64,000 nucleotides of DNA from positions 34,617 to 98,616 of the forward strand of contig MWFF01000086.1 of the NCBI GenBank assembly GCA_002071485.1, read 5' to 3'. The first letter of the stretch is position 1; each line of letters begins with the position of its first letter. Under the pieces are notes generated by a model. That model was not told the origin of the DNA. It worked only from the letters and a program-made list of their open reading frames with translations, and ran no database searches. Position numbers and translations under genes: made by a program. Below, one piece after another: positions 1-8,886 of this stretch. This DNA comes from Verrucomicrobia bacterium ADurb.Bin006. Lineage in GTDB: Bacteria > Verrucomicrobiota > Verrucomicrobiia > Limisphaerales > J093.

Positions 1-1
1 C

Positions 2-154
2 TACCACGAAGGCCATCGCACGGTGCTGACCAAGCTCGGATTGCTGGCGGATGCGCAGATCGTGGACTTCCTGCTCGACCGAATCCGGCAGGCCCTCCGC
101 GCGCTTTCAATCCCGAACTCGAGCACGTCCCGGCAAACCACGAATGTCCCATGA
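2..154 (+). CDS. 3' end of an unidentified upstream gene (partial, continues left of the window)
   Basis: Frame 2 is open from the window edge to TGA at 152-154 (YHEGHRTVLTKLGLLADAQIVDFLLDRIRQALRAL...). The stop overlaps the next start as ATGA. No family recognised. Confidence 0.4.
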   Translation, partial: YHEGHRTVLTKLGLLADAQIVDFLLDRIRQALRALSIPNSSTSRQTTNVP

Positions 155-1602
155 CACTTCGCCCACGAATCGGTCTGCTGGCTCTGACGCTCGAATTGTA
201 CGAAACGCTCGCTCCGGGCCTGCGGTCCTCGCGCGAGGCCTGGGTCCGACGCGCACTTGTGCCGCCGCTGGCCGCCGCCGCCGACGTCGTATTCGAGCGG
301 GCCGTGTTTCGACGCGACGATGTCGAGTGCGTGATGCGCCAGTTTGAGGCTTTGGGGATCGACCTGGTCGTGGTCGTGTTCCTGACCTATGCGCCCAGCC
401 AGATCGCCCTGCCGGCATTGGTCCGGACACCCCTGCCGATCCTGATCTGGAACACGCAGGAACTGTGGGGTGTTGACAGCACATTCACAACGGAGGTGAT
501 GATCGACAACCACGGCGTGCATGGCACCCAGGACCTGGCCAACGTGTTGGTCCGCGCCGGCGTCTCCTTCCACGTCGTCACCAGCCACGCAAGCGAGCCG
601 GACGGCCTCGCCGAACTGCGCGACTTCAGCATGGCCGCCGCCGCGGTGAACAGTCTGCGCTCGGCCCGGATTGGCCGGTTGGGGCACCCCTTCCCTGGCA
701 TGGGCGATCTGGGTGTGGACACGACCCATCTGGCGGCGACGCTGGGCTGCGCCTGGGTGAATCTGCCGGTGGATGAGTATCACCAACGCGCGGCCGCGGC
801 GCCCGAGTCCGATGTGCGCGGCCTTGTGGCCTGCTACCGGGAGGCCTATGACGTGGCCCCCGACGTGACCTCGATCGAGCTCGAGTCCGCAGCCCGCGCA
901 GAACTGGCGTTGCGGGGCTTCGTCGCCGAGCATCGGCTCTCGGGCCTGACCTACCAGTTCCTTGCCTTCGGCGATGACGAGCGCACCGAGACGCTGCCTT
1001 TCGTGGCGGCGAGCCGCCTGATGGCCGACGGCATCGGGTTCGGGGGCGAGGGCGACCTGATCGGAGCTGTGGGGACTCTGTTGCTTCATCGGTTGAATCC
1101 GCCGGCCACATTCTCCGAGGTGTTCACCATCGACTTCGCCGGAAACGCGCTGTTCATGAGCCACATGGGAGAGGCCAATGTGGCGATGGCCCGGCGCGAT
1201 CGCCCCGTGCCGCTCGTGGCCCGGACGACTCCGATTACTCGGACCCGCACCCGGCAGTTGGCTCTGGTCACCAGCCTCGAACCGGGTCTCGCCACGCTGG
1301 CTGCGCTTGCGCTGGGCCCGGCCCAACGCTGGCGCCTGCTGGCCGCACCGGTCGCGATCGAGGACTACGGGCCGCAGCCGGGCTTCTGTGTGCCGCATTT
1401 CAAGGTGCGGCCGCAATCGGATGTCAGGCGGTTCCTGACCGACTACGCGCGCGCTGGCGGGCCGCATCACAACGCCGTCTGTTTTGGCGATGGCCGCCGC
1501 CGTCTGCGGTTCGCCGCGCACATCCTGGGAGCGGAATACCACGAAATCGGCGGGGACGGCGCGCGCCTGGATGGCGATCGACCGACGGATGACATCGGAT
1601 GA
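151..1602 (+). CDS. L-arabinose/L-fucose isomerase family sugar isomerase
   Basis: 483-aa ORF. The N-terminal RIGLLALTLELY..., IDLVVVVFLTYAPS and NHGVHGTQDLANVL pattern resembles AraA-like isomerases. Sits in an operon with a sugar kinase. Confidence 0.7.
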   Translation: MTLRPRIGLLALTLELYETLAPGLRSSREAWVRRALVPPLAAAADVVFERAVFRRDDVECVMRQFEALGIDLVVVVFLTYAPSQIALPALVRTPLPILIWNTQELWGVDSTFTTEVMIDNHGVHGTQDLANVLVRAGVSFHVVTSHASEPDGLAELRDFSMAAAAVNSLRSARIGRLGHPFPGMGDLGVDTTHLAATLGCAWVNLPVDEYHQRAAAAPESDVRGLVACYREAYDVAPDVTSIELESAARAELALRGFVAEHRLSGLTYQFLAFGDDERTETLPFVAASRLMADGIGFGGEGDLIGAVGTLLLHRLNPPATFSEVFTIDFAGNALFMSHMGEANVAMARRDRPVPLVARTTPITRTRTRQLALVTSLEPGLATLAALALGPAQRWRLLAAPVAIEDYGPQPGFCVPHFKVRPQSDVRRFLTDYARAGGPHHNAVCFGDGRRRLRFAAHILGAEYHEIGGDGARLDGDRPTDDIG

Positions 1603-3119
1603 GGCGAGGCATGGACGCGAGCGAATCGAGAGTGCTTTGGCTGGGGCTGGATCTTGGCACGACAAACGTCAAGGCCCTTGTCGCGGACCGCGACGGCGTT
1701 GTGCGGGGCGAGGCAGCGCGCCCCGTTGCACTGGCCGCGGTGGGAGATGGTGGCGTCGAACAGGACATCGAGGAGATTTGGGCGGCCACAGTCGAAGCGA
1801 TTCGCGGCGCGTTGCGTGGAGTCGATGCGGCGCAGGTGGCGGCCATCGGCGTTTCGAGCCAGGGCGGCGCCCTGCAACTGCTCGACGCCGCCGGCTGCCC
1901 GGTCGGCCGAGTGCTCAGTTGGCTCGATCAACGCGCGCGCCAAGACGATGAGGCGCTGACCGCGGAGCTGGGGCGGCCCTGGTTCCGGCGCCACGTCGGG
2001 CACGGCGGCTCCGGCTACGCCGTCGGCCAAATCCTGCGGCTTCGTCGCGAGGACCCCGCCCGACTCGATCCGCCTAATCGCGTCGGGTTCGTCGGCGACG
2101 TCATCGTGGAGCGACTGTGCGGACGGGCCGCGCACGACGCCACCTCAGCCGGGCTCACGCTGCTGCTCAATCCGGCCCGGGGCGATTACGACACGGATCT
2201 CCTGGAACGACTGGGCCTTGCACGCGGCCAGTTGCCCGATCTGATCTCGCCGCGCGAGCCGGCGGGCCGGTTGCGCCGCGAGGTTGCGGCTGCGACCGGA
2301 TTGCGTCCGGCCATTCCCGTCTCCGCCGCGGTGCACGATCAATATGCGGCCGCCCTCGGCACTGGGGCCGTCGAGCCCGGCGTGATCATGGTCGGGGCTG
2401 GGACGGCGTGGGTCCTGCTGGCCGTCAGCTCGCATCTGCCGGCGCTGGTCACCGATGACGCCTTTGTATGCAGCCACGTCGTCAGCGGCCTGTTCGGAGA
2501 GATTCTCTCCCTGGTCAACGGAGGCTCGGTCGTCTCGTGGGCGCTCCGACTTATCGGGCGCGGACAGGCCGGACCGGACCAGATCGAGACCATGCTGGCG
2601 TCGGCGCCGCCCGGGTGTGATGGTCTGAGTTGTTGGCCGTTCGTGACACCTTTCGGCGCCTCCGGCCTCGAACCGGGCACGCGCGGTCGGCTGGCGGGAA
2701 TCCAGCTCGGGCACACGCCGGCACACCTGCTGCGAGCGGTCGTCGAGGGACTGACGTTCGAGCTGAATCGGCATTTGATATTCCTGAAACAAGCGGGGCT
2801 GCCCGTGGACCGCTTGGTCCTGGGTGGCACCGTGGCCGGCAGCCGCACCACGACTCAGATGATGGCCGATGTGACGGGCCTGGCGCTCGATTGCTCGGCT
2901 GCGGGCGGCGGCAGCGTCCTGGGCGCGGCCATCCTGGCCAGAGGCCTCATCGAGCCGGATCGCTCGCTGGCCGAGTTGAGCCAGTCCATGCGCGCGGGGC
3001 CGCGGCGGGTCGAGCCGGGACCCGATGCGGTTGCCTACCGCGAGTTGTTTCACCGCTATCGCGCGTCCTTGCCATGCAGCACGGCGCCGCGCGTCAGGAA
3101 GATCGGACACACCGCATGA
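1599..3119 (+). CDS. FGGY-family carbohydrate kinase (xylulokinase-like)
   Basis: N-terminal LGLDLGTTNVKALV actin-fold phosphate-1 motif and a 506-aa length typical of FGGY kinases. ATGA overlap with the upstream gene; an alternative start lies at 1611. Confidence 0.9.
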   Translation: MRRGMDASESRVLWLGLDLGTTNVKALVADRDGVVRGEAARPVALAAVGDGGVEQDIEEIWAATVEAIRGALRGVDAAQVAAIGVSSQGGALQLLDAAGCPVGRVLSWLDQRARQDDEALTAELGRPWFRRHVGHGGSGYAVGQILRLRREDPARLDPPNRVGFVGDVIVERLCGRAAHDATSAGLTLLLNPARGDYDTDLLERLGLARGQLPDLISPREPAGRLRREVAAATGLRPAIPVSAAVHDQYAAALGTGAVEPGVIMVGAGTAWVLLAVSSHLPALVTDDAFVCSHVVSGLFGEILSLVNGGSVVSWALRLIGRGQAGPDQIETMLASAPPGCDGLSCWPFVTPFGASGLEPGTRGRLAGIQLGHTPAHLLRAVVEGLTFELNRHLIFLKQAGLPVDRLVLGGTVAGSRTTTQMMADVTGLALDCSAAGGGSVLGAAILARGLIEPDRSLAELSQSMRAGPRRVEPGPDAVAYRELFHRYRASLPCSTAPRVRKIGHTA

Positions 3120-4225
3120 AATCGACACCGCTCTATCACGTTTGGGACTACCGTGATGCGGATCGCGCCTTCTGGCGCGACGAGATGGAGGCGTGGCTTC
3201 CGCACAAGATCATCGATGCCCACACGCACGTGATGGATCCGCGATTCCGGCTCAGCCCCATGACCGAGTCGATGCGGCGTCAATACTGGGTCAACGAGGT
3301 CTTCGAGTGCATCGACGCGGACACGGCCGAGCGGTGTCATCGGGCGGTGTTCCCAGGCCGCCAGGTGGGATGCATCGCGTTCGGGTTTCCCGACCTCGAT
3401 TTCGATCTCGATGGGGGCAACACGTGGCTGGCGGAACAATGCGTCCGGCGGGGCTGGCACAACCTGGCGGTCATTCGTCCGCAGTGGAGCCAGGCGGCCA
3501 TTGCGCGCCTCCTGGATCAGCCGGGCGTGATCGGTTTGAAACCGTACTACGCGCTCATCAGCGAAAACCGGGAGACGCGCGACGCGCACCTCGAATCGGG
3601 CATTTTCGATTTTCTGCCGCATCATGTCCTCGAAGTGGCGAACGCGCGCGGCGCGTGGGTGACGCTCCACGTGCCCAAGGCGGCGCGCCTGGGGCATCCC
3701 GACAATCTGCGCGAAATCGCGGAGCTGCGACGGCGGTATCCGAATGTGATTCTTGTGATTGCGCATCTGGGGCGTTCCTACACCGAGGCGCATGCGCGGG
3801 AGGCCCTTCCGGCCCTGGCGGACGACCCGGGCATCTACTGCGACACGTCGGCGGTGCTCAATCCGGCCTCGCACCGGATTGCCCTCGAGTGTCTGGGCCC
3901 GAGGCGGGTTCTTTACGGATCGGACAATCCGATCTGCTACATGCGGGGCCGACGCCAGTATGACGGGCGTGCTTACATCAATCGGACCAGCTACCCGTTC
4001 CATTTCAACCGGACCCGCGAGGCGCCCGAGATCGAGGCGCAGTACACCCTTTTCATGTACGAAGATTTGCGCGCAATCAAACAGGCCTGCGTCGACCTGG
4101 GCCTGACCGCCTCCGAAGACATCCAGGCCATCTTTCACGACAATGCCGCGCGGCTGATCGACATGGTCGTCCGGAGGAAACCGGCGGCCGAACGCCGGAT
4201 CGAGGAGGCCGACGCCAGCCGTTGA
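3116..4225 (+). CDS. amidohydrolase-2 family metal-dependent hydrolase
   Basis: The internal ATG at 3116 overlaps the kinase stop (ATGA). IIDAHTHV, LHVPK, VIAHLG and GSDNP fit the amidohydrolase TIM-barrel metal ligands. The upstream part of ORF 2630-4225 is Arg/Gly-rich noise. Confidence 0.85.
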   Translation: MKSTPLYHVWDYRDADRAFWRDEMEAWLPHKIIDAHTHVMDPRFRLSPMTESMRRQYWVNEVFECIDADTAERCHRAVFPGRQVGCIAFGFPDLDFDLDGGNTWLAEQCVRRGWHNLAVIRPQWSQAAIARLLDQPGVIGLKPYYALISENRETRDAHLESGIFDFLPHHVLEVANARGAWVTLHVPKAARLGHPDNLREIAELRRRYPNVILVIAHLGRSYTEAHAREALPALADDPGIYCDTSAVLNPASHRIALECLGPRRVLYGSDNPICYMRGRRQYDGRAYINRTSYPFHFNRTREAPEIEAQYTLFMYEDLRAIKQACVDLGLTASEDIQAIFHDNAARLIDMVVRRKPAAERRIEEADASR

Positions 4226-4252
4226 CCGCCATTTGCCGCGGCTCTCTACGCT

Positions 4253-5410
4253 ATGAAAACCATCCGTTTCGGTTTGATTGGATGCGGGTTGATGGGGCGT
4301 GAATTTGCCAGTGCCGCGGCGCGCTGGTGTCATCTGCTGGACGCGGACGCGCGCCCGGAGCTTGTCGCCGTATGTAACCGCGGGGCTGGGGCGTTCGAGT
4401 GGTTTCGCCGGCATTTCCCCGGCATTGCCCAATACACGCACGATTACCGCGACCTGCTGGCCAATCCAGCCGTCGACGCGGTGTATGTCGCTGTGCCTCA
4501 CCATCTGCACTGCGAGGTGTACTGCGCGGCCGCGGCGGCCGAGAAACACCTGATGGGCGAAAAACCTTTCGGGATCGATCGGGCCGCCAACACGGCGATT
4601 CTCGACGCGCTCGAACGGCACCCCAACGTGTTCGCGCGGTGCGCCTCGCAGTGGGTCTTCTTCCCCGGGGCCCAGCGGATCGGCGATCTGATCGAGCGCG
4701 GTGCATTCGGTCAGGTCCTCGAAGTGAACACGGGCTTCCTGCACAGCGGGGATTTGGACCCAAATCGTCCGATCAACTGGAAGCGGCGCATCGAGCACAA
4801 CGGCGAGTACGGGTGCATGGGCGACTTGGGATTGCATGTCTGTTGCCTCCCCTTCCGCGCCGGCTGGATTCCCCGCAATGTCCGTGCGCTGTTGTCGGAT
4901 ATTGTGCGCGAGCGGCCGGATGGCCGGGGCGGAATGGCGCCCTGTCGGACCTGGGACAACGCAACCCTGCTGTGCGAGACACTCGACAGCGCCACGGGCA
5001 GTCTGTTTCCATGGACCGTGAAGACCCAGCGGATCGCGCCGGGCCACAAGAACACCTGGTATATCGAGGTCTATGGCACCAAGGCATCAGCCCGCTTCTC
5101 GACACTCGATCCCAAGCGGCTCGACCTCCTCGAGTATGCGGGCGGCGAGCAGGTCTGGGGGGCGGTCCAAACAGGGCACGAGACCGTCTTCCCGACGATC
5201 ACTGGCCCCAACTTCGAGTTCGGATCCCCCGATGCCATTCTGCAGATGTGGGCCGCGTTCCTGCATGAACTGGTTCATCGCGCCCCGTTGCGCCCATTCG
5301 CCGGCTGCGCAACACCCGCCGACGCGGCGCTGAGCCATCGGCTATTCACCGCCGCCCTGCGGTCCCATGCGCGCGGCTCGGTCGAGGCGGTGGAACCGCC
5401 CGCGGGCTAG
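4253..5410 (+). CDS. Gfo/Idh/MocA family oxidoreductase
   Basis: N-terminal Rossmann motif IRFGLIGCGLMGREFA followed by EKP (GEKPFG), the family hallmark. Confidence 0.9.
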   Translation: MKTIRFGLIGCGLMGREFASAAARWCHLLDADARPELVAVCNRGAGAFEWFRRHFPGIAQYTHDYRDLLANPAVDAVYVAVPHHLHCEVYCAAAAAEKHLMGEKPFGIDRAANTAILDALERHPNVFARCASQWVFFPGAQRIGDLIERGAFGQVLEVNTGFLHSGDLDPNRPINWKRRIEHNGEYGCMGDLGLHVCCLPFRAGWIPRNVRALLSDIVRERPDGRGGMAPCRTWDNATLLCETLDSATGSLFPWTVKTQRIAPGHKNTWYIEVYGTKASARFSTLDPKRLDLLEYAGGEQVWGAVQTGHETVFPTITGPNFEFGSPDAILQMWAAFLHELVHRAPLRPFAGCATPADAALSHRLFTAALRSHARGSVEAVEPPAG

Positions 5411-5417
5411 CGATCGT

Positions 5418-5746
5418 TCACCGCTTCGGCGCCGGTGTCTTCTCCCACGTCAGGCGCGCCCGGCAGACCTCCCTGCCCCCGATGTGGGTCGGCGAATGTT
5501 CGTAGAGCGTCGTGCTGATCTGCCGTGTGCGGACGCTCAGCATGTCGCCTTGCCGGGACTCGCCCAGGTAATTGACCTCGAGGAGGCGCAGGCCATGCTC
5601 CCCGTGAAATCCGCGTGGTTCCAGGCCGCATCGAGGAAGTAGCGGCACACGCTCACGCTGGTGGCGCGGTGGGTGAAGTCCGCGTCGTAGGAACAGACTT
5701 TGAGTCGCTGCGTCCAGACGGATGGTTTGGAGGCAGGCGTGGTCAT
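5418..5746 (-). pseudogene. hotdog-fold (acyl-ACP/4HBT-like) thioesterase interrupted by one frameshift
   Basis: The N-terminal half lies in one frame (MTTPASKPSVWTQRLKVCSYDADFTHRATSVSVCRYFLDAAWNHADF). The C-terminal half lies in another (HGEHGLRLLEVNYLGESRQGDMLSVRT...CRARLTWEK). The total of 329 nt is not a multiple of 3. The ATG at 5746 overlaps the amylase stop as ATGA. Confidence 0.55.
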
Positions 5747-7221
5747 GCGGGGTTGAAGTGGAACAGTTGCGCGGCGTGCGGTGGGACGTCGAGGTAGAGT
5801 CCCTGGCGATGGAGGTCGTCGCCGACCCGCTCGTAGTCTTCGGTGCCGAGCAGATCGCGCATGCGCCAGTTGTATCGCTCGAGCTGGGGGACGACGAGCG
5901 GGATGTAGCATTGGCAGCGATGCGATGCCAGGTTCACCACCGCCAGATCGAACTTTCGGGGCAAGGCCTGCCATTGAATCGCCACGATGTTCTGCCAGGT
6001 CGGGTTGTCGGGCCACGCGGGGCGGGGCGCCAGCAGATGGGGCTCGCCGGTGCCGATCGCGCTGCGGCGCAGGGCCGCCAGGAGTTCCGCATAGGCGGAC
6101 TGAATCTGAGGCTGGATCGCCTCCTGCCAGCGGCGTCCGAGTTGGACGGGCGTGCGGAGGCAAAAGCCCTGCATCTGCCCGTCGTGGATCAGCCGCAGCC
6201 CGGGCAAGGCGAGCATGAGCCAGGCGGCGCACCGGTGTTCCGACGGCGACAGGAGGGTGGTGATGCGAATCTCGTCATGGTTTTCGAGGAAATGGGCCGA
6301 CGCCGCGGTGAAGGCAGGGGCTTGGGACGCCAGATGCCGCTGAACACCTGGATTGTCACGGGCGACAAGGCGGTCGTACAGGCGCTTGTCGTACGTATAG
6401 TCGAAGCCCAGGTTCTGCATCCGCTCTTCGAGATCCCAGTAGGCCTCTGCCAGGAACAGGGAGTGCGGATGCCGTTGTTTGCACCGGGCAATCGCCTCGG
6501 CCCAGAACTCCCGCGCGGGCGCGGGTTCGTGGCACGGGAACTGGCTCCAGGTCCGCTCGAACACGTCGTTCAACACCAGCATCGCCATGTCGCAGCGCAC
6601 TCCGTCGCATCGCTCCAGGACCGACAGCAATTCATCGACTATTGCGGCTCGTGTCTCCGCGCGGCGGTAGTCCAACTGGACGGTGTCGTTCCACGGCGGG
6701 AAATTGGGGTCGCGACCGTGGGCCAGCCAGCGCTCCGGCTTGGCACCCTCGGCGCGGAAGGTCCCTGGGGCGGGCGCCGGGCTTTGGACGAAGCGGTGCG
6801 GATGGGAGCGAATCCAGGGATGATCGAGTCCGGCGTGGTTGGGGACGAAATCGAGAACCAGCCCGAGACCGCGTCGATTCAACTGGCGACGGAACGTTTT
6901 CAGGCCGGAGGCGCCTCCCAACTCGCGGGGCACCTTGTATCGGGCCATGGCGAAGGGTGAACCGGACAGATCGTCGATGTGGAAATCCGGCAGAGCCTCG
7001 CGACAGAGTTCGTGCAGGGCATGGTTCTGGCGGGCGACCTGGCGGGCGAGCGGGCCGATCTCCCAGATGCCCATGAGCCAGACGTGTGAAAAGCCAAGCC
7101 GCTCCCAGGTCTTGATCTCGGTCTCGGGCACCGAGTCGAGAGTGACGCGCTGGCCGATCCGCGTTGAAAGCTCGCGCAACCAATGCCGCGCGTTCAGTTC
7201 GTAGACGAGTGGGTGAGCCAT
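5743..7221 (-). CDS. GH13 alpha-amylase family glycoside hydrolase
   Basis: All four GH13 regions are present: LDFVPNHAG, GVRCDMAM, FLAEAYW and FLENHDE. Confidence 0.92.
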   Translation of the reverse strand: MAHPLVYELNARHWLRELSTRIGQRVTLDSVPETEIKTWERLGFSHVWLMGIWEIGPLARQVARQNHALHELCREALPDFHIDDLSGSPFAMARYKVPRELGGASGLKTFRRQLNRRGLGLVLDFVPNHAGLDHPWIRSHPHRFVQSPAPAPGTFRAEGAKPERWLAHGRDPNFPPWNDTVQLDYRRAETRAAIVDELLSVLERCDGVRCDMAMLVLNDVFERTWSQFPCHEPAPAREFWAEAIARCKQRHPHSLFLAEAYWDLEERMQNLGFDYTYDKRLYDRLVARDNPGVQRHLASQAPAFTAASAHFLENHDEIRITTLLSPSEHRCAAWLMLALPGLRLIHDGQMQGFCLRTPVQLGRRWQEAIQPQIQSAYAELLAALRRSAIGTGEPHLLAPRPAWPDNPTWQNIVAIQWQALPRKFDLAVVNLASHRCQCYIPLVVPQLERYNWRMRDLLGTEDYERVGDDLHRQGLYLDVPPHAAQLFHFNPA

Positions 7222-7237
7222 GGTGGGGGCAAGGCAA

Positions 7238-7277
7238 AAGCTGAAGGTTGAAGGCTAAAGGCCGGAAGGCTGAAGGG
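7238..7277 (-). repeat. short degenerate simple repeat (CCTTC / GCCTTCA units) in the 5' leader of the amylase gene
   Basis: The plus strand reads GCTGAAGGTTGAAGGCTAAAGGCCGGAAGGCTGAAGGG, about five 7-8 nt units, immediately upstream of the ATG at 7221. Confidence 0.6.
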
Positions 7278-7285
7278 ATGTCGGG

Positions 7286-7870
7286 TCAGGAAGGCGGGGT
7301 CGGTTGCGGCGGTTGCGACTGCAGCATCCGAATCCCGTCCCGGACGTATTGGATGCCGGAGACAGCGGTGCAGGCGGTGGCCGCGGCCGCGAAAGAGTTG
7401 AGCCAGACGACATCGAGTTTGAGCAGCGCCCAAAGCACGCACCCCATTTGCAGCACGGTCGCGACCTTGCCGGTCCAGCGCGGTCGCACCGTGCGGCGCC
7501 CCACGAGATAGGAGATCAGCACGAGCATGAGGAGCAGGATCACATCGCGGCAGAGCACCGTGCCGGTCAGCCAGAGCGGGATGCGATCCAGGCGTGGGCT
7601 GTGCTGGAGGCTGAGCACGACCAGGCCGAGCACGAGCAGGAGCTTGTCGGCGAGAGGGTCCAGGAGCGCGCCCATCTCGGTCCGTTGATCGAAACGCCGG
7701 GCGACGAAGCCGTCGACGCCGTCGCCGGCCGCTGCGAGGACGAAGACGGCAAGAGCCACCCAGCGGTAGGCCTCTCCGCCCGAGCTGGTGTAGCGCAACA
7801 GAGCCACCACGAAGACCGGAACCATGAGAATCCGGACGATCGTGATCTTGTTCGCGGTGGTCATCGTCAT
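7286..7870 (-). CDS. pgsA: CDP-diacylglycerol--glycerol-3-phosphate 3-phosphatidyltransferase
   Basis: CDP-alcohol phosphatidyltransferase motif DGVDGFVARRFDQRTEMGALLDPLADKL and multiple TM segments. The start at 7870 (MTMTTANK) is preceded by GGGGG; the ORF could extend to 7927. Confidence 0.9.
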   Translation of the reverse strand: MTMTTANKITIVRILMVPVFVVALLRYTSSGGEAYRWVALAVFVLAAAGDGVDGFVARRFDQRTEMGALLDPLADKLLLVLGLVVLSLQHSPRLDRIPLWLTGTVLCRDVILLLMLVLISYLVGRRTVRPRWTGKVATVLQMGCVLWALLKLDVVWLNSFAAAATACTAVSGIQYVRDGIRMLQSQPPQPTPPS

Positions 7871-7962
7871 CGCCCCCGTAGTCTGAACACGCCGGGGCGA
7901 CACGTCAATGTGCAGCCGATAAAGCACGTGACACTGGAGGCGGGTCGGTCATTCTGTCGGGC

Positions 7963-8265
7963 ATGAAGCGTGATGAAGCACTCCGTGCCCTGGCGAAGGT
8001 CGAGCAGCAGTTGTGCGCGAGAATCCCCTCGGACGCGCCCTCATGGGGCCGGCGGCATCTGCGGCATGTCATCGAGGAACATGTGGGCGCCGCGCGGTTT
8101 CATGTCGCGCTGATCTACGACGCGGGGTGCGCCCTGGGCGATGACCTGACGCCGCTGAGCGTTCACGGCGGGCATCCGAAGTACGCGTTTTGGGCCGAGG
8201 GTGTTCGGCGCCACCTGGAAATCTGCGCGGCGAGCCTCGAGAACAAGCCTGAGACGGAATCGTAA
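7963..8265 (+). CDS. hypothetical protein
   Basis: 100-aa ORF divergent from pgsA. No recognisable family; the call rests on ORF and codon bias only. Confidence 0.4.
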   Translation: MKRDEALRALAKVEQQLCARIPSDAPSWGRRHLRHVIEEHVGAARFHVALIYDAGCALGDDLTPLSVHGGHPKYAFWAEGVRRHLEICAASLENKPETES

Positions 8266-8269
8266 CAGG

Positions 8270-8822
8270 ATGGCGAGAGCCACAGACCAATCCGCGCGTT
8301 GCCGGCGGTCGCAATGGGTCGTGGCGACTTTCGTGTCGGTTCTCGTGCTGCCCTTCAACGGGTGCACGACGCCGATCCGTTTGACCGCAGATTTCGCGTT
8401 GCGTGCGACCTGTACAATCGGGCGGTGGCACTCGGTTTTGCCGAGGGCACACGGCCCCACACCGTGGTGCAATGGTCGCGTGGAGCAGCGGCGAATTAGC
8501 GGTGTCACTCGAGGTGTATTCGACTTATGAGTCGGACTCGATTGATCTGGACGGGCGGAGAATCCCGCTCGAGACGGACACGGCGGCGCCGTTGGCCTGC
8601 AGTCTCAACGACACTACGGTCTGGAGACTCGGCACAGTGCAGTTCGTCTCCCCCGAGGAGCGCATCAAGACGGACATCTACCCCACCCAGCCGTATCGGG
8701 CGGGGCGAATCCCGGTTGTATTCGTGCATGTTACCCTCAGCAGTCCGGCGTGGTGGGCCGAGATGTGGAACACGCTGCGGGCCGATCGGAGTCTGCGCGA
8801 GCGCTGCCAGTTCTGGTATTAA
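8270..8822 (+). pseudogene. decayed N-terminal remnant of a lipoprotein alpha/beta hydrolase
   Basis: Lipobox signal (VATFVSVLVLPFNGCTT) in frame 2. Continuation DPFDRRFRVACDLYNRAVALGFAEG in frame 1. Then RIPVVFVHVTLSSPAWWAEMWNTLRADRSLRERCQFWY-stop in frame 3. The expected HGT is mutated to HVT, and the nucleophile-serine part of the fold is absent. Confidence 0.5.
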
Positions 8823-8886
8823 GGAAGTCCGGCGCATTCTCCTCGAACACCTGGCGGCGTGCGGCCACGGCTCGAGTCGGCCCGGC

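Noticed and set aside
1-1665. 554-aa minus-strand ORF at the left edge
   Set aside because: It is antisense to the isomerase gene and the partial upstream gene. It is low-complexity, Arg/Ala/Gly-rich and has no motifs. The plus-strand genes show ATGA coupling and family signatures.
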